Below are positions 8,312 through 17,586 of a stretch of DNA of 32,000 bases, one piece after another. Positions within the stretch are counted from its first letter, which is position 1. Every line of letters begins with the position of its first letter. The translations under genes were made by a program, and so were the position numbers. This stretch comes from Halomicrobium mukohataei DSM 12286 (GTDB taxonomy: Archaea > Halobacteriota > Halobacteria > Halobacteriales > Haloarculaceae), in the NCBI RefSeq assembly GCF_000023965.1, contig NC_013202.1:2670001-2702000 (forward strand). Reading direction: 5' to 3'. The notes below the pieces were generated by a model. That model was not told where the DNA came from, did no database searches, and saw only the letters and a list, made by a program, of their open reading frames with translations.

Positions 8312-9445
8312 TTATGAGCCTTTCCGACGGACGCCGAGTGCGAGCGTCGCGACGAGGGCCAGGACCGTGCCGACGAGGCCGAAGCCGGGACCGCTCCCGT
8401 CTGTCGTCACCGTGGCACTCTCGGTCACGATGTCCGGCGTCGCGCTCTCGGTAACGGTGTCGGGCGTCTCGCTTTCGGTGATCGTGTCGGGCGTCGCGGA
8501 CTCTGTCGTCGCTGGCGTCGCGCTTGTGGTCGCCGTCTCGAAGGCGTCCGGGTGGAACGCCTCGGCCATCGCCTCCAGCGCGAGGACGACGCGGGGGGCG
8601 GGCTGGCTCACGTAGTTGGCGTCGACGGAGAGCACCTGTTCCCGCTGGACGGCGGTCGTCTCGTTGTACGGCGCACCGGTCGGCTGGGAAGCGTCAGACG
8701 GGTAGACGAGCCACTGCGGGTCGCTGTCCGCGACGACCTCGGCGTTGATCGGCTGGTAGCCCGAGAGGCCAGCCTCGGCGGCGACGTTTTGGCCGCCCGC
8801 GGTCTCGATCAGGTCGTGGATGTGCGTCTCGTTGCCGGTGGTGTACTGGTAGAAGTAGTAGAGGACGCGCGGCCGGTCGCGATCCGAGACCGTCTCTCGG
8901 ACGGTCTCGACGCGTTCGTCCATCTCTGCGACGGTCTCGGTCGCGCCCTCGCAGTTGCCGGTGAGCCGACCGACCGTCTCGGTGTTGTTCGCGATGTCGT
9001 CCAGGCTCGTCGCCAGCGGGAAGTGATACACCGTCAGCCCCGCGTTCCGGAGCTGGTCGACGGTGTCGCTGCGAGTCGCGTTGGCTGCCAACACGAGGTC
9101 CGGGTTCGCCCCGACGACGGCCTCCACGTCGGTCGTGCCGTCGTCGTTGGTCACGTCCGTTCGGTTCCCGGTGTCGTTCAGGTACGCCGTGTTGGCGTTC
9201 CGGGGCATACCCGCGACCTGGTCGCGCGCGCCGATCTCCCACATCGTCTGGGCGTCGCTGGGCTGGAGCGCGACGACGCGGTCTGGCGCGCTGTCGAGGG
9301 TGACCTCCGTGCCGGTCGCGTCGGTCGTCGAGTGAGGGAACTCACAGCCGTCGCTCTGTACGTCGCTCGTGGTCGCCGTCACCGGGACGGCGACGGCAGA
9401 GAGCACGAGCACTGCCGCGAACACCACCGCACTGAATCGTCTCAT
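8312..9445 (-). CDS. ABC transporter periplasmic-type substrate-binding protein (cobalamin/iron-siderophore class) with PGF-CTERM anchor
   Basis: Track ORF 8312..9472, trimmed to ATG 9445 ([19 protein letters not shown] signal peptide). BtuF/FhuD-like core ([26 protein letters not shown]). Thr/Ser/Pro repeat linker, then [25 protein letters not shown]. Confidence 0.85.
   Translation of the reverse strand: MRRFSAVVFAAVLVLSAVAVPVTATTSDVQSDGCEFPHSTTDATGTEVTLDSAPDRVVALQPSDAQTMWEIGARDQVAGMPRNANTAYLNDTGNRTDVTNDDGTTDVEAVVGANPDLVLAANATRSDTVDQLRNAGLTVYHFPLATSLDDIANNTETVGRLTGNCEGATETVAEMDERVETVRETVSDRDRPRVLYYFYQYTTGNETHIHDLIETAGGQNVAAEAGLSGYQPINAEVVADSDPQWLVYPSDASQPTGAPYNETTAVQREQVLSVDANYVSQPAPRVVLALEAMAEAFHPDAFETATTSATPATTESATPDTITESETPDTVTESATPDIVTESATVTTDGSGPGFGLVGTVLALVATLALGVRRKGS
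8418..8525 (-). repeat. 27-nt tandem repeat (3 good units plus 1 degenerate) encoding the TES(A/E)TPD(T/I)(I/V) linker
   Basis: Units start at 8418, 8445 and 8472, with a degenerate unit at 8499. In-frame within the SBP gene, just upstream of the PGF-CTERM coding part. Confidence 0.85.
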
Positions 9446-9506
9446 CGTGTTGTCCCGTCCGGGCGAACACAATAAGTTCTTGTCTATCCCAACTGTGGTT
9501 GGAACC

Positions 9507-10595
9507 GTGTCGTCCCGTCACTGGCTCGTCTTCTCCCTGCTGTCCGCGATCTTGCTGGCGACGGTACTGACGAGTGCGACGATCGGGCCGGTCTCGATCG
9601 ACCTGCCGACGGTCGCGAGGGCGGCGACCAACGCCGTCGGCGTCCCGGTCGGCCTCGCCCTGGAGAGCGAGCACGCCGGACTGTTCGGCGTCGAGTTCTC
9701 GCTTCCCGTCCCGTCGGTCGAGTACCGCTACCCCTTCGCCTTCGACGTGCCGGAGACCAGCGAGACGATCGTTCGCCAGATCCGCCTGCCGCGGATCGTC
9801 CTCGGTGCCGTCGTCGGCTTCGCGCTGGCGGCTGCCGGCACCGTCATGCAGGGGTTCTTCCGGAACCCGCTGGCGGACCCGTCGATCATCGGCGTCTCGT
9901 CCGGGGCGGCCGTCGGCGCGGTCGCCGCGATCGTGTTCACCGTCGCGCTCCCGCTTCCCGCGATGGCGTTTGCCGGCGCGTTGCTGGCCGCCTTCGGCGT
10001 CTACGCGATCGCGACCCAGAACGGCGAGACGCCGGTCGCGACGCTACTGCTTGCCGGCGTCGCCGTCCAGACGTTTCTCGGCGCAGTCATCTCCTACATG
10101 CTCGTCCAGTCGGGCGAGAGCCTCCGCGAGGCGGTCTTCTGGCTGATGGGGCACCTCCACAACAGCACCTGGGCGGAGGTCGAGGCGACGCTGCCCGTGG
10201 CCGTCCTCGCCGTCGGCGTCCTCTACGCTTACGCCCACGATCTGAACGTCCTGCTGATGGGCGAAGCCGACGCCCACGCGCTGGGCATCGAAGTCGAGCG
10301 AACCAAGCGGATCTTGCTCGCGCTGGCGAGCGTCGTCACCGCGGCCGCGGTCGCGGTCACGGGCGTCATCGGCTTCGTCGGGCTCGTCGTTCCCCACGTG
10401 ATGCGCCTGCTGGTCGGCCCCGACCACCGGATTCTCCTGCCGACCAGCGCGCTCGCTGGCGCGTCGTTTCTCGTCGCCGCCGATACGCTCGCCCGCAGCG
10501 GCGCGGCGGAAGTACCGGTCGGGATCGTCACCGCCGCCATCGGCGCGCCCTTCTTCCTGTACTTGCTCCGGCGACGGGAGGTCCACACCGTATGA
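9507..10595 (+). CDS. ABC importer permease, FecCD/BtuC family
   Basis: Track ORF 9369..10595. I prefer GTG 9507 (or GTG 9495) because the divergent SBP gene ends at 9445. FecCD hallmarks: [49 protein letters not shown]. Confidence 0.85.
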   Translation: MSSRHWLVFSLLSAILLATVLTSATIGPVSIDLPTVARAATNAVGVPVGLALESEHAGLFGVEFSLPVPSVEYRYPFAFDVPETSETIVRQIRLPRIVLGAVVGFALAAAGTVMQGFFRNPLADPSIIGVSSGAAVGAVAAIVFTVALPLPAMAFAGALLAAFGVYAIATQNGETPVATLLLAGVAVQTFLGAVISYMLVQSGESLREAVFWLMGHLHNSTWAEVEATLPVAVLAVGVLYAYAHDLNVLLMGEADAHALGIEVERTKRILLALASVVTAAAVAVTGVIGFVGLVVPHVMRLLVGPDHRILLPTSALAGASFLVAADTLARSGAAEVPVGIVTAAIGAPFFLYLLRRREVHTV

Positions 10596-11836
10596 TCGAG
10601 GTCGAATCCGTAGACGTGTCGCTAGGGGACACAGAGATATTGCGTGACGTGTCGCTGCGGGTTCCGGCCGGCGAGTTCGTCGGACTCGTCGGTCCGAACG
10701 GCGCGGGCAAGACGACGCTGTTGCGCACGGTCAACGGCGCGATCGATCCCGACGCGGGGCGGGTCCTCGTCGACGGGGATCGGATGAGCGATCTCTCCTC
10801 GCGGGCCGGGAGCCGCCGCGTCGCGACGGTCCCCCAGGACACCGGAACGCGGTTCGCGTTCAGCGTCGAGGACGTGGTCGCGATGGGCCGGACCCCGCAT
10901 CGCTCGCGCTTCGGTTCCGACGACGGCGGCGACGCCGTCGAGCGCGCGCTCGAACGCACGTCGACCGCGTCGTTTCGCGATCGGCGGATCAGCACGCTCA
11001 GCGGGGGCGAGCGCCAGCGGGTCTTCGTCGCCCGCGCGATCGCTCAGGAGGCTCCGGCGCTCGTCCTCGACGAGCCGACGGCCAGTCTCGACGTGAACCA
11101 CGCGACACGGACGCTCTCGCTCGTGTGCGAGCTCGTGGCCGACGGCCGGGCCGTGCTGGGAGCGATCCACGACCTGGAGGCCGCCGCACGCTTTTGCGAT
11201 CGCCTGGTCATGCTCGCAGACGGCGAGGTCGTCGCGTCGGGCGCGCCGGCCGACGTGCTCACGGCAGACGCGCTGGCGACGAGTTTCGACATGGAGAGTG
11301 TCGTCACGCGAAACCCCGTCACGGGAGCGCCGACGGTGACACCGCTGTCGGACACCGGCGACGAGCGGCGGTCCGTCCACGTGCTGGGTGGCGGGCGCGT
11401 TGGTGCGGCAGTCGTCGCGCGCCTCCACGCTGCCGGCTTCGGGGTCACTGCCGGCCCGGTGCCGGAGGGAGACGAACTGCTCGGCGTGAGCGAGCGACTG
11501 GACGTGCCGACCGAGACCGTCCCGCCGATGTCGGCGCTGGACGGGTCGACGCTCGCAGCGGCGGGCGAGCGGATCGACGAGGCCGACGTGACGGTGCTCG
11601 CCGATCTCACGCTGACGCCGGACGGGGGACTGCTCGACCTGGCCGCGGAGGCGGGGCAGACCGTCGTCGTCGAGGAGCGACCGCTCGACGAGCGCGACCG
11701 CGCTGGCACGGACCAGCGGCGTCGCTACGAGCGGCTCCGCGAGCGAGTCACCACGAGCGGGCTCGACGACGTGGCGGCGACCGTGCGGTCGGTCGGGGCA
11801 GACGCCGGCCGACACGTTAGCCGCCGAGGGATATAG
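10592..11836 (+). CDS. ABC importer ATP-binding protein (BtuD/FecE class) with a ~170-aa C-terminal extension
   Basis: Walker [10 protein letters not shown], signature LSGGERQR, Walker [16 protein letters not shown] overlap with the permease. 414 aa versus about 250 for a bare NBD. Confidence 0.9.
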   Translation: MIEVESVDVSLGDTEILRDVSLRVPAGEFVGLVGPNGAGKTTLLRTVNGAIDPDAGRVLVDGDRMSDLSSRAGSRRVATVPQDTGTRFAFSVEDVVAMGRTPHRSRFGSDDGGDAVERALERTSTASFRDRRISTLSGGERQRVFVARAIAQEAPALVLDEPTASLDVNHATRTLSLVCELVADGRAVLGAIHDLEAAARFCDRLVMLADGEVVASGAPADVLTADALATSFDMESVVTRNPVTGAPTVTPLSDTGDERRSVHVLGGGRVGAAVVARLHAAGFGVTAGPVPEGDELLGVSERLDVPTETVPPMSALDGSTLAAAGERIDEADVTVLADLTLTPDGGLLDLAAEAGQTVVVEERPLDERDRAGTDQRRRYERLRERVTTSGLDDVAATVRSVGADAGRHVSRRGI

Positions 11837-11870
11837 ACTTACATGGGGCGACCTGCAAGCGTCGGACGCT

Positions 11871-12635
11871 ATGGTCAACAAAGCCATCGTGGGGATTCTC
11901 GTCCTCATCGTCCTGACGTCGCTCGGCGTCGGGGTGTTGATCGGGACGCAACTCGGTGGCGGTGACGCGACAGCGGTCCCCGATACCGACTCCAGTGACG
12001 GCTCCGCCACGGGGGGTGGCGGTGACGCCACGACGTCGACAGCGACAGCCTCCAACGAGACGGCGACGGCCGTCGAATCGACGGAGACGGCGACCGCGAC
12101 CGCGACGCCGGTTCAGACGACGGTCCCCGCCCGCGAGTTCGACAGCGAAGCGATCGAGCGAGAGGTACTCGCGGCCATCAACGAGAAGCGCACCGAACGG
12201 GAAATTGAGACGTTCAGGAACGACACCACCACCTGGCAGCGGCTCCGGACGATGGTCCGATCGCACAGCCAGGCGATGGCCCAGGAGCGGAGTGTGACGT
12301 TCTCGGCCGGTGGCAACAGTAGCTCCGACCGGTACGAAAACGCGGGCCTGTACGGTCGGTGTCAGTACCAGGACCCCGAGACCGGCGACATAATCCGGCC
12401 AACCAACAAGTTCCAGGCCGTCGGAAGCACGGTCGCCGGCCAGGCCTACCAGGAAGGCGGACAGCGCCGGTTCAACGGGAACGAATCACAGGTCGCGACG
12501 GCGCTCGTCGAGAACTGGTTCGACTCGTCGACCTACCGACCGTCGCTGGTCAACAGGGGCGTCGAGTTGCTGGCCGTCGGCGTCACTGTCACCGACGACG
12601 GCAGGGTGTACGCGGCGACGGCGATCTGCGAGTAG
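11871..12635 (+). CDS. Secreted/membrane-anchored CAP (SCP/PR1-like) domain protein
   Basis: N-terminal TM helix AIVGILVLIVLTSLGVGVLIG, Thr/Ala-rich linker, then a YkwD/CAP-like region (LAAINEKR...MVRSHSQAMA...ENW). Confidence 0.6.
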   Translation: MVNKAIVGILVLIVLTSLGVGVLIGTQLGGGDATAVPDTDSSDGSATGGGGDATTSTATASNETATAVESTETATATATPVQTTVPAREFDSEAIEREVLAAINEKRTEREIETFRNDTTTWQRLRTMVRSHSQAMAQERSVTFSAGGNSSSDRYENAGLYGRCQYQDPETGDIIRPTNKFQAVGSTVAGQAYQEGGQRRFNGNESQVATALVENWFDSSTYRPSLVNRGVELLAVGVTVTDDGRVYAATAICE

Positions 12636-12773
12636 TCGGCCGGTCTCGCCCGCGAGCCGCTATCGATCCCGTTCTGTCCGCTCGTGCCAGTCCAGGAGTC
12701 GCCGCCGAGTCGCGACCCGACCCACCGACAGTGTTATATGGTACCAATACACATGGTTAGACGGTAACGACAG

Positions 12774-13040
12774 ATGACTACCCCAGGAGTCGACTGGATG
12801 GAACCCAACGACGGCGACATCCTCGCGACGCTTTCACGAACGGGACCGGAGTACGGGCCGGTGATCGCGTACCAGCTCGGCATGGACAACACACAGTTCG
12901 AGCGGTACTGCGAACGGCTCGCGGCCAACGGCGTGCTCGAACGGGTCTCGGAGGAGCCGCTGTATCGATTGACCGCACGCGGACAGCAGCTGGTCGATCG
13001 GAGTCCCGAGTCTGCCCGGGACCGACTCCCAGTCGAGTGA
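12774..13040 (+). CDS. Small winged-helix DNA-binding protein (PhiH1-repressor-like pattern)
   Basis: 88 aa. WMEPNDGDILATLSRTGPEYGPVIAYQLGMDNTQFERYCERLAANGVLERV fits the wHTH layout. TATA-like GTTATATGG lies upstream. Confidence 0.55.
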   Translation: MTTPGVDWMEPNDGDILATLSRTGPEYGPVIAYQLGMDNTQFERYCERLAANGVLERVSEEPLYRLTARGQQLVDRSPESARDRLPVE

Positions 13041-13144
13041 GTCCCCCTTCGTCGCTGTCGCACGGTCGATCCCTACTTCCAGAGGGGCCGGCGGCGCTTC
13101 TCGCTGCCCGACGGTGGCGCGAGCGACGCCCGATCGCCGCCAGA

Positions 13145-13582
13145 TTACGCTTCCTTTCGCTCCCAGAGGACCAGCGCAGTCATCGTCTGGACCGGGACTC
13201 CATCGTTGTTCGTGGTTTCGATCGCGACGTGCACGAGGCCGCGGCTCTCGTCCCACGGTTCGGTCTCGACGATCTCCGTCTCGACGGTCAGAACGTCGCC
13301 CGGCTTGACCGGGTTTCGCCAGCGGAGCTCGTCGACGCCGGCCGCACCGAGCGCGCGTGACGACGCGATGTACTCGTCGACGAGCAGTCGCATCGTCATG
13401 GCGGCGGTGTGCCACCCGCTCGCGACGAGCCCCCCGAACATCGAATCCCGGGCCGCGTCGGCGTCGGTGTGAAACGACTGTGGATCGTACTGCTCGGCGA
13501 ACGAGACGATCTCGTCTTCGGTGACCTCGTAGCGACCGAACGACTCCGTGTGCCCGACCGTGAGCTCCTCGAAGTACTCCAT
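13145..13582 (-). CDS. MaoC-family (R)-specific enoyl-CoA hydratase/dehydratase
   Basis: 145 aa hot-dog fold pattern: FAEQYDPQSFHTDADAA...GGLVASGWHTAAM...GDVLTVETEIVE. Confidence 0.85.
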   Translation of the reverse strand: MEYFEELTVGHTESFGRYEVTEDEIVSFAEQYDPQSFHTDADAARDSMFGGLVASGWHTAAMTMRLLVDEYIASSRALGAAGVDELRWRNPVKPGDVLTVETEIVETEPWDESRGLVHVAIETTNNDGVPVQTMTALVLWERKEA

Positions 13583-13674
13583 ACCCGGAAGAGAAACCCG
13601 CGGGAGAAAAAGCCACCTCGTCGGTGGTCTCCCATCGGGTGAGAAAACTCGTCGCGAAGAGAGCGCCGACAGTG

Positions 13675-14424
13675 TCAGGAAGACTGCTGGTCCTCGACCC
13701 AGTTCTGGTACTCGTCTTGCGGGAGAACGCGCACCTCACCGAGCATCTGCGAGTGACCCGAGCCACAGTATTCGGCACAGTACAGCTGGTAGGTGCCGGT
13801 CTCGGTGACGCGTGTCTGGATCGTGTTGTGCTGTCCGGGCATGGCGTCCTGTTTCAGCGCGAGCCCCGGAACGTGGAAGGCGTGGAGCCAGTCCGTCGAG
13901 GTGACCGACAGCCGGACCGTCCGGTTGGCCGGCAACACCAGCGTCCCGCCGTTGCTCAGCCTGTTGTCGGCGCTGTACTCCTGGGACGTGTTGGCGGCGG
14001 TACCGTTGTAGTTGAACGTCCAGGCGTACTTCTGGGCCACCACTTCGACTTCGAGTGGCTCCTCGCTAGTGTCGAGTTGCTGTGTCGACTGGGCGGTGAC
14101 CATCGGCTCGGCCATGACCTGATACGACGCGACGCCGACGAACAGGAGGATGATCGCGGTCGCGACCGTCCAGGTGATTTCGAGGCGTCGGTTCTCCATC
14201 GTCGGGAGCGGCTCGTCGTTCTTGCTGAACCGCCACACGGTGTAGATCAGGATGCCCTCGACCAGCACCGTGATCGGGATCGCGACGTACAGGAGGTTCA
14301 TGTTGAGCCCCCAGATGAGCTCCGACGTCTCCGAGGCAGACGTCTGGGCGACGGCCGGCTGTGTCAGGGCGGCGAACGCGATCGCCCCGAACAGCGCGAC
14401 GAGCCCGACTCGATGTCTCTTCAT
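13675..14424 (-). CDS. coxB: Cytochrome c oxidase subunit II
   Basis: Signal/TM segments plus the CuA site HAFHVPGL...YCAEYCGSGHSQM. Confidence 0.9.
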   Translation of the reverse strand: MKRHRVGLVALFGAIAFAALTQPAVAQTSASETSELIWGLNMNLLYVAIPITVLVEGILIYTVWRFSKNDEPLPTMENRRLEITWTVATAIILLFVGVASYQVMAEPMVTAQSTQQLDTSEEPLEVEVVAQKYAWTFNYNGTAANTSQEYSADNRLSNGGTLVLPANRTVRLSVTSTDWLHAFHVPGLALKQDAMPGQHNTIQTRVTETGTYQLYCAEYCGSGHSQMLGEVRVLPQDEYQNWVEDQQSS

Positions 14425-14608
14425 GCGTATTCGGCGCTTAGTATTTCGGAGGTAAATAGCTGCTGTCTTGAGCCAGTGCCCGCCGCCGGGGTCGCAGTTC
14501 GAGGCGGTCGGTCGCGCCGACGTGCGCTGGGGTCAGGTCAGCGATCGGGGGCGAATCAGGGGGTCTAAGTGCAGGCATCCATAGGTTCCAACAAGGAGAC
14601 AACGAACG

Positions 14609-16027
14609 ATGAACGGCCGCCGCCCACGGTTCACGACGATGCTCGCCGCGAGTGCGGTTGGCGTCTACCTGCTGGTCGTCGCTGGCGCGACGACTTCGAT
14701 CGCCGACGCCGTCCACGCCTGTTCGACGTGGCCGACGTGTGAAGGGCCGATTCTCGGAGACGTGGGACTCGCGATCGCCTGGACCCACAGGCTGCTCGCG
14801 GCCGCGGTCGGTGTGCTGGTAGTCGGGGCGGCCGCCGTCGGGATCCGTACCGGTGCCAGACGACGGGTCCTGGGGACGCTGGCAGTCGCGCTGGTCCTCT
14901 ATCCCGTCCAGATCGCGCTCGGCGCGTTCGTCGCGCTCAACGGTGCTGGCACTCCGTTCCCGGGTGCCCACCTCGCGACGGGCATGGCGATCTTCGCCGC
15001 CCTCGTGGGCGCGCTGGCGTGGCAACTGGAAGCCGAGACGGGGACCGACGACGAGACGCCGGTGACCGAAACGGTCGAGGTGCCCGAAGTCGACGACGAC
15101 GAGCCCGAGGGGCCGCCGATCGGCGCGCTCTCGACCCGCGAGCGCATCACCGCGACCGCGTTCGCGTACTTCCGGCTGACGAAGCCCCGGCTGATGTGGC
15201 TGCTCTGTCTCGTCGCGGCGGCCGGGATGGCACTGGCGGCCGCACACGTCGCCGGCCCCGCGAACCCGAGCCTCGCGACGTCGACGATCCTGCTGACCCT
15301 CGGTGGGGGCGTGCTCGCGATCGGCGCGTCGGGGACGTTCAATCACGTCCTCGAACGCGACATCGACAAGCGGATGGACCGAACGTCCGACCGACCGATC
15401 GCGACCCACCAGCTCCCGGTCCGGAACGCGCTGGCCTTCGGGATCGCACTGGCCGTGGCCTCCCTCGCGCTGTTCTGGCAGGTCAACGCGATCGTGGCCG
15501 CGCTCGGACTGGCGGCGATCCTGTTTTACAGCGTCGTCTACACGCTCGTCCTCAAGCCCAACACCGTCCAGAACACCGTCATCGGCGGGTTCGCGGGATC
15601 GCTGCCAGCGCTGATCGGCTGGGTCGCCGTCACCGGGAGCTTCGACCTGCCCGGGCTCGCACTGGCGGGCATCATCTTCCTGTGGACGCCCGCTCACTTC
15701 TACAACCTCGCGCTGGCGTACAAGGAAGACTACGCCAGGGGCGGCTTCCCGATGATGCCGGTCGTCCGCGGCGAGACTGAGACGCGAAAGCACATCGTCT
15801 ACTACCTCGGCGCGACGCTGGTCGCGGCCGGCGTCATGGTCTCGATCACGTCACTCGGTGCGCTGTACACCGTGACGACGGCGCTGCTCGGTGCCGTCTT
15901 CCTGTGGGCGGTCGTTCGGCTCCACCGCGAACGGACCGAGCAGGCGGCCTTCCGAGCGTTCCACGCCTCGAACGCCTACCTCGGGGCGCTGCTGATCGCG
16001 ATCGTCGTGGACGCACTCGCAGTATGA
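14609..16027 (+). CDS. ctaB: Fused compact heme A synthase-like domain (CtaA, N-terminal ~150 aa) and heme O synthase / protoheme IX farnesyltransferase (CtaB)
   Basis: N-terminus has 4 helices with CSTWPTC (C..WP.C) and conserved His. C-terminal UbiA-type region with NHVLERDIDKRMDRTSDRP and WTPAHFYNLA. Confidence 0.85.
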   Translation: MNGRRPRFTTMLAASAVGVYLLVVAGATTSIADAVHACSTWPTCEGPILGDVGLAIAWTHRLLAAAVGVLVVGAAAVGIRTGARRRVLGTLAVALVLYPVQIALGAFVALNGAGTPFPGAHLATGMAIFAALVGALAWQLEAETGTDDETPVTETVEVPEVDDDEPEGPPIGALSTRERITATAFAYFRLTKPRLMWLLCLVAAAGMALAAAHVAGPANPSLATSTILLTLGGGVLAIGASGTFNHVLERDIDKRMDRTSDRPIATHQLPVRNALAFGIALAVASLALFWQVNAIVAALGLAAILFYSVVYTLVLKPNTVQNTVIGGFAGSLPALIGWVAVTGSFDLPGLALAGIIFLWTPAHFYNLALAYKEDYARGGFPMMPVVRGETETRKHIVYYLGATLVAAGVMVSITSLGALYTVTTALLGAVFLWAVVRLHRERTEQAAFRAFHASNAYLGALLIAIVVDALAV

Positions 16028-16710
16028 GCGCCACCACGTACTCGATCGGCCGGTTCGAACTCGACCGGGGGACCCTCCTGTGGGGACTGCTGGTCCTCAA
16101 CACGGAGCTGCTGTTGGTCCTGGGCTACGTCTTCCTCGCCAGCAGTCAGGTCACCGGCGTCGAGCCGCTCGTGATCCCGTTCGTCTGGATCAACGTCTCG
16201 CTGTGGGTCTTCGCACGTGCGGAGGTCCCGCGAACGTCCGACCGCCAGCGGGTGATCGGGCTCGTCGTCGCAGTGGCGTACTTCGGGCTCCTCACCTACT
16301 TCGGCGGGCTCTGGGGCGGGGGTGTCCCGGAGTTTCCGACGCAGTTCCGCGTCGCGTGGTTCTCGCTGCCACCGGGCTGGGCACCGGCCGTACTGCTCAA
16401 CAGCGACCACCTCCGCGTGAGCGTCATTCCCTACCAGCTGGTGGGCTATCTCGCGCTCGCGTACCTGGTGTACGCGACGGTGCTGGACGCGGCCGGTTCG
16501 GCGATCACGGGCGTGCTGGGACTGCTCTCGTGTGTCTCCTGTTCGTGGCCGATCCTCGCGTCGATCTTCTCGACGGTACTGGGCGGCTCCGCGGCGCTGG
16601 CCGGTGAGCTGTACGATCAGTCATACCTGCTCTCGACGGTCGTCTTCCTCGTGACGATCGCGCTGCTGTACTACCGACCGGGCTGGCAGCGCGGCTATAG
16701 TAGCCATTGA
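16024..16710 (+). CDS. Polytopic membrane protein of unknown function, ATGA-coupled to ctaB
   Basis: Track ORF 15904..16710, trimmed to ATG 16024, which overlaps the ctaB stop (ATGA). About 6 hydrophobic helices and a CVSC motif. The last 4 codons plus the stop lie inside repeat family 2 copy 1. Confidence 0.6.
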   Translation: MSATTYSIGRFELDRGTLLWGLLVLNTELLLVLGYVFLASSQVTGVEPLVIPFVWINVSLWVFARAEVPRTSDRQRVIGLVVAVAYFGLLTYFGGLWGGGVPEFPTQFRVAWFSLPPGWAPAVLLNSDHLRVSVIPYQLVGYLALAYLVYATVLDAAGSAITGVLGLLSCVSCSWPILASIFSTVLGGSAALAGELYDQSYLLSTVVFLVTIALLYYRPGWQRGYSSH

Positions 16711-16780
16711 ACGTCAATGCACACCCGATCGCACGACAGCAGTGCGATCGGTGTGTAAACCGTTTCAATTGTTACTATAG
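16696..16780 (+). repeat. Nested-palindrome repeat, family 2, copy 1 (MITE-like)
   Basis: Outer arms TATAGTAGCCATTGAA/TTCAATTGTTACTATA (14/16). Inner stem CACAC(C)CGATCGCAC/GTGCGATCGGTGTG. Loop GACAGCA. 81/85 identical to 17847..17931. Confidence 0.9.
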
Positions 16781-17520
16781 AACGGGAGTTCTACGTCCAC
16801 CGGCCGCGGGCGAATGGCGACCGTCGCGAGCCATCCCTGAACGCGTGCGAGCAGGTTACAGAGGTGCAGCGAGAGGAGTCCGAGCACTGCGCCTCCGGCG
16901 GAGACGGCGAGGGCCTCTCGCAGCGTCGTCACCTGCCAGGAAGTGATGGTAAAGGGCAGTGTGATCACCGCCGCACCGTCCCAGAACTGGACGACGTAGG
17001 ACAGCGAGAACTCCACGGGACCGGTCAGGTAGAAGCCAAGCGAGGTCGAGTCGTAGTACAGCGGTGCCAGCAGGAGACTGGCGACGAGGACGAAAAGCAC
17101 CGTCAACACGACGAACGTCACGACGCCGACGACGAACTTCGCCGCCAGGTAGGCGATGCCGACCCACGTCCCGAGGTCGGTGATCGGCTGTCTGACGTAA
17201 TCGCGCCAGTCGTCGGTCTCGGTGTCTCGATCCAGCGGGATCGAACAGTCCAGCAGCCGACAGGCCAGCCAGCGTTCGAAGACGAGCAGCCGATCGGAGA
17301 CGACGAGGACCCCGATCAGAACCGGCAGGCCGACGACGACCGAGAGCAGGCGGACTCCAAGTGGGACGCCGGCAACAAGCAGCGTGAAGTAAAACAGGCC
17401 GAGCGGAAACGTCAACGCCAGATAGAGGAGGTTCTTGTAGGTCTGTGCCCGTACGACGACACCGAGGACCGGCGGGGACGACAGCGAATGTCCCTTGATC
17501 TGGCGGGAACGGAGACTCAT
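16765..17520 (-). CDS. Orphan sensor-domain membrane protein ('putative sensor' family, no kinase domain)
   Basis: Track ORF 16765..17919, trimmed to ATG 17520 (MSLRSRQIKG). Two repeats of the pattern YLALTFPLGLFYFTLLVAGVPLG.../WVGIAYLAAKFVVGVVTFVVLTVLFVL.., typical of the membrane 'putative sensor' domain found N-terminal to some histidine kinases. Confidence 0.6.
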   Translation of the reverse strand: MSLRSRQIKGHSLSSPPVLGVVVRAQTYKNLLYLALTFPLGLFYFTLLVAGVPLGVRLLSVVVGLPVLIGVLVVSDRLLVFERWLACRLLDCSIPLDRDTETDDWRDYVRQPITDLGTWVGIAYLAAKFVVGVVTFVVLTVLFVLVASLLLAPLYYDSTSLGFYLTGPVEFSLSYVVQFWDGAAVITLPFTITSWQVTTLREALAVSAGGAVLGLLSLHLCNLLARVQGWLATVAIRPRPVDVELPFYSNN

Positions 17521-17586
17521 ACAGATATGTATCAACGGCTCAATGCAAAAAACCACTCTTTTCCGGGCTCCGCGAGAGGTGTCCGT

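Noticed and set aside
8418-8525. Regularly spaced 27-nt repeats as a possible mini-CRISPR array
   Set aside because: The units are contiguous with no spacers, in-frame, and encode a Thr/Ser/Pro linker inside a clear CDS.
10622-12055. 477-aa minus-strand ORF opposite the importer ATPase gene
   Set aside because: Arg/Pro/Asp/Gly-rich low-complexity translation, typical of antisense frames in high-GC DNA. The sense frame carries Walker A/B and the ABC signature.
14438-15793. 451-aa minus-strand ORF opposite ctaA-ctaB
   Set aside because: Same antisense artefact. The + frame is a clear polytopic CtaB with UbiA motifs.
16505-16946. Cys-rich peptides read through the family-2 repeats (MKRFTHRSHCCRAIGCAL.., M(N/K)(V/I)NAHPIARQQCDRCVNRFNCYY..), also seen at 17858 and 17919
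   Set aside because: They appear on both strands only because the element is palindromic. They start at TTG, have no independent support, and overlap real genes.
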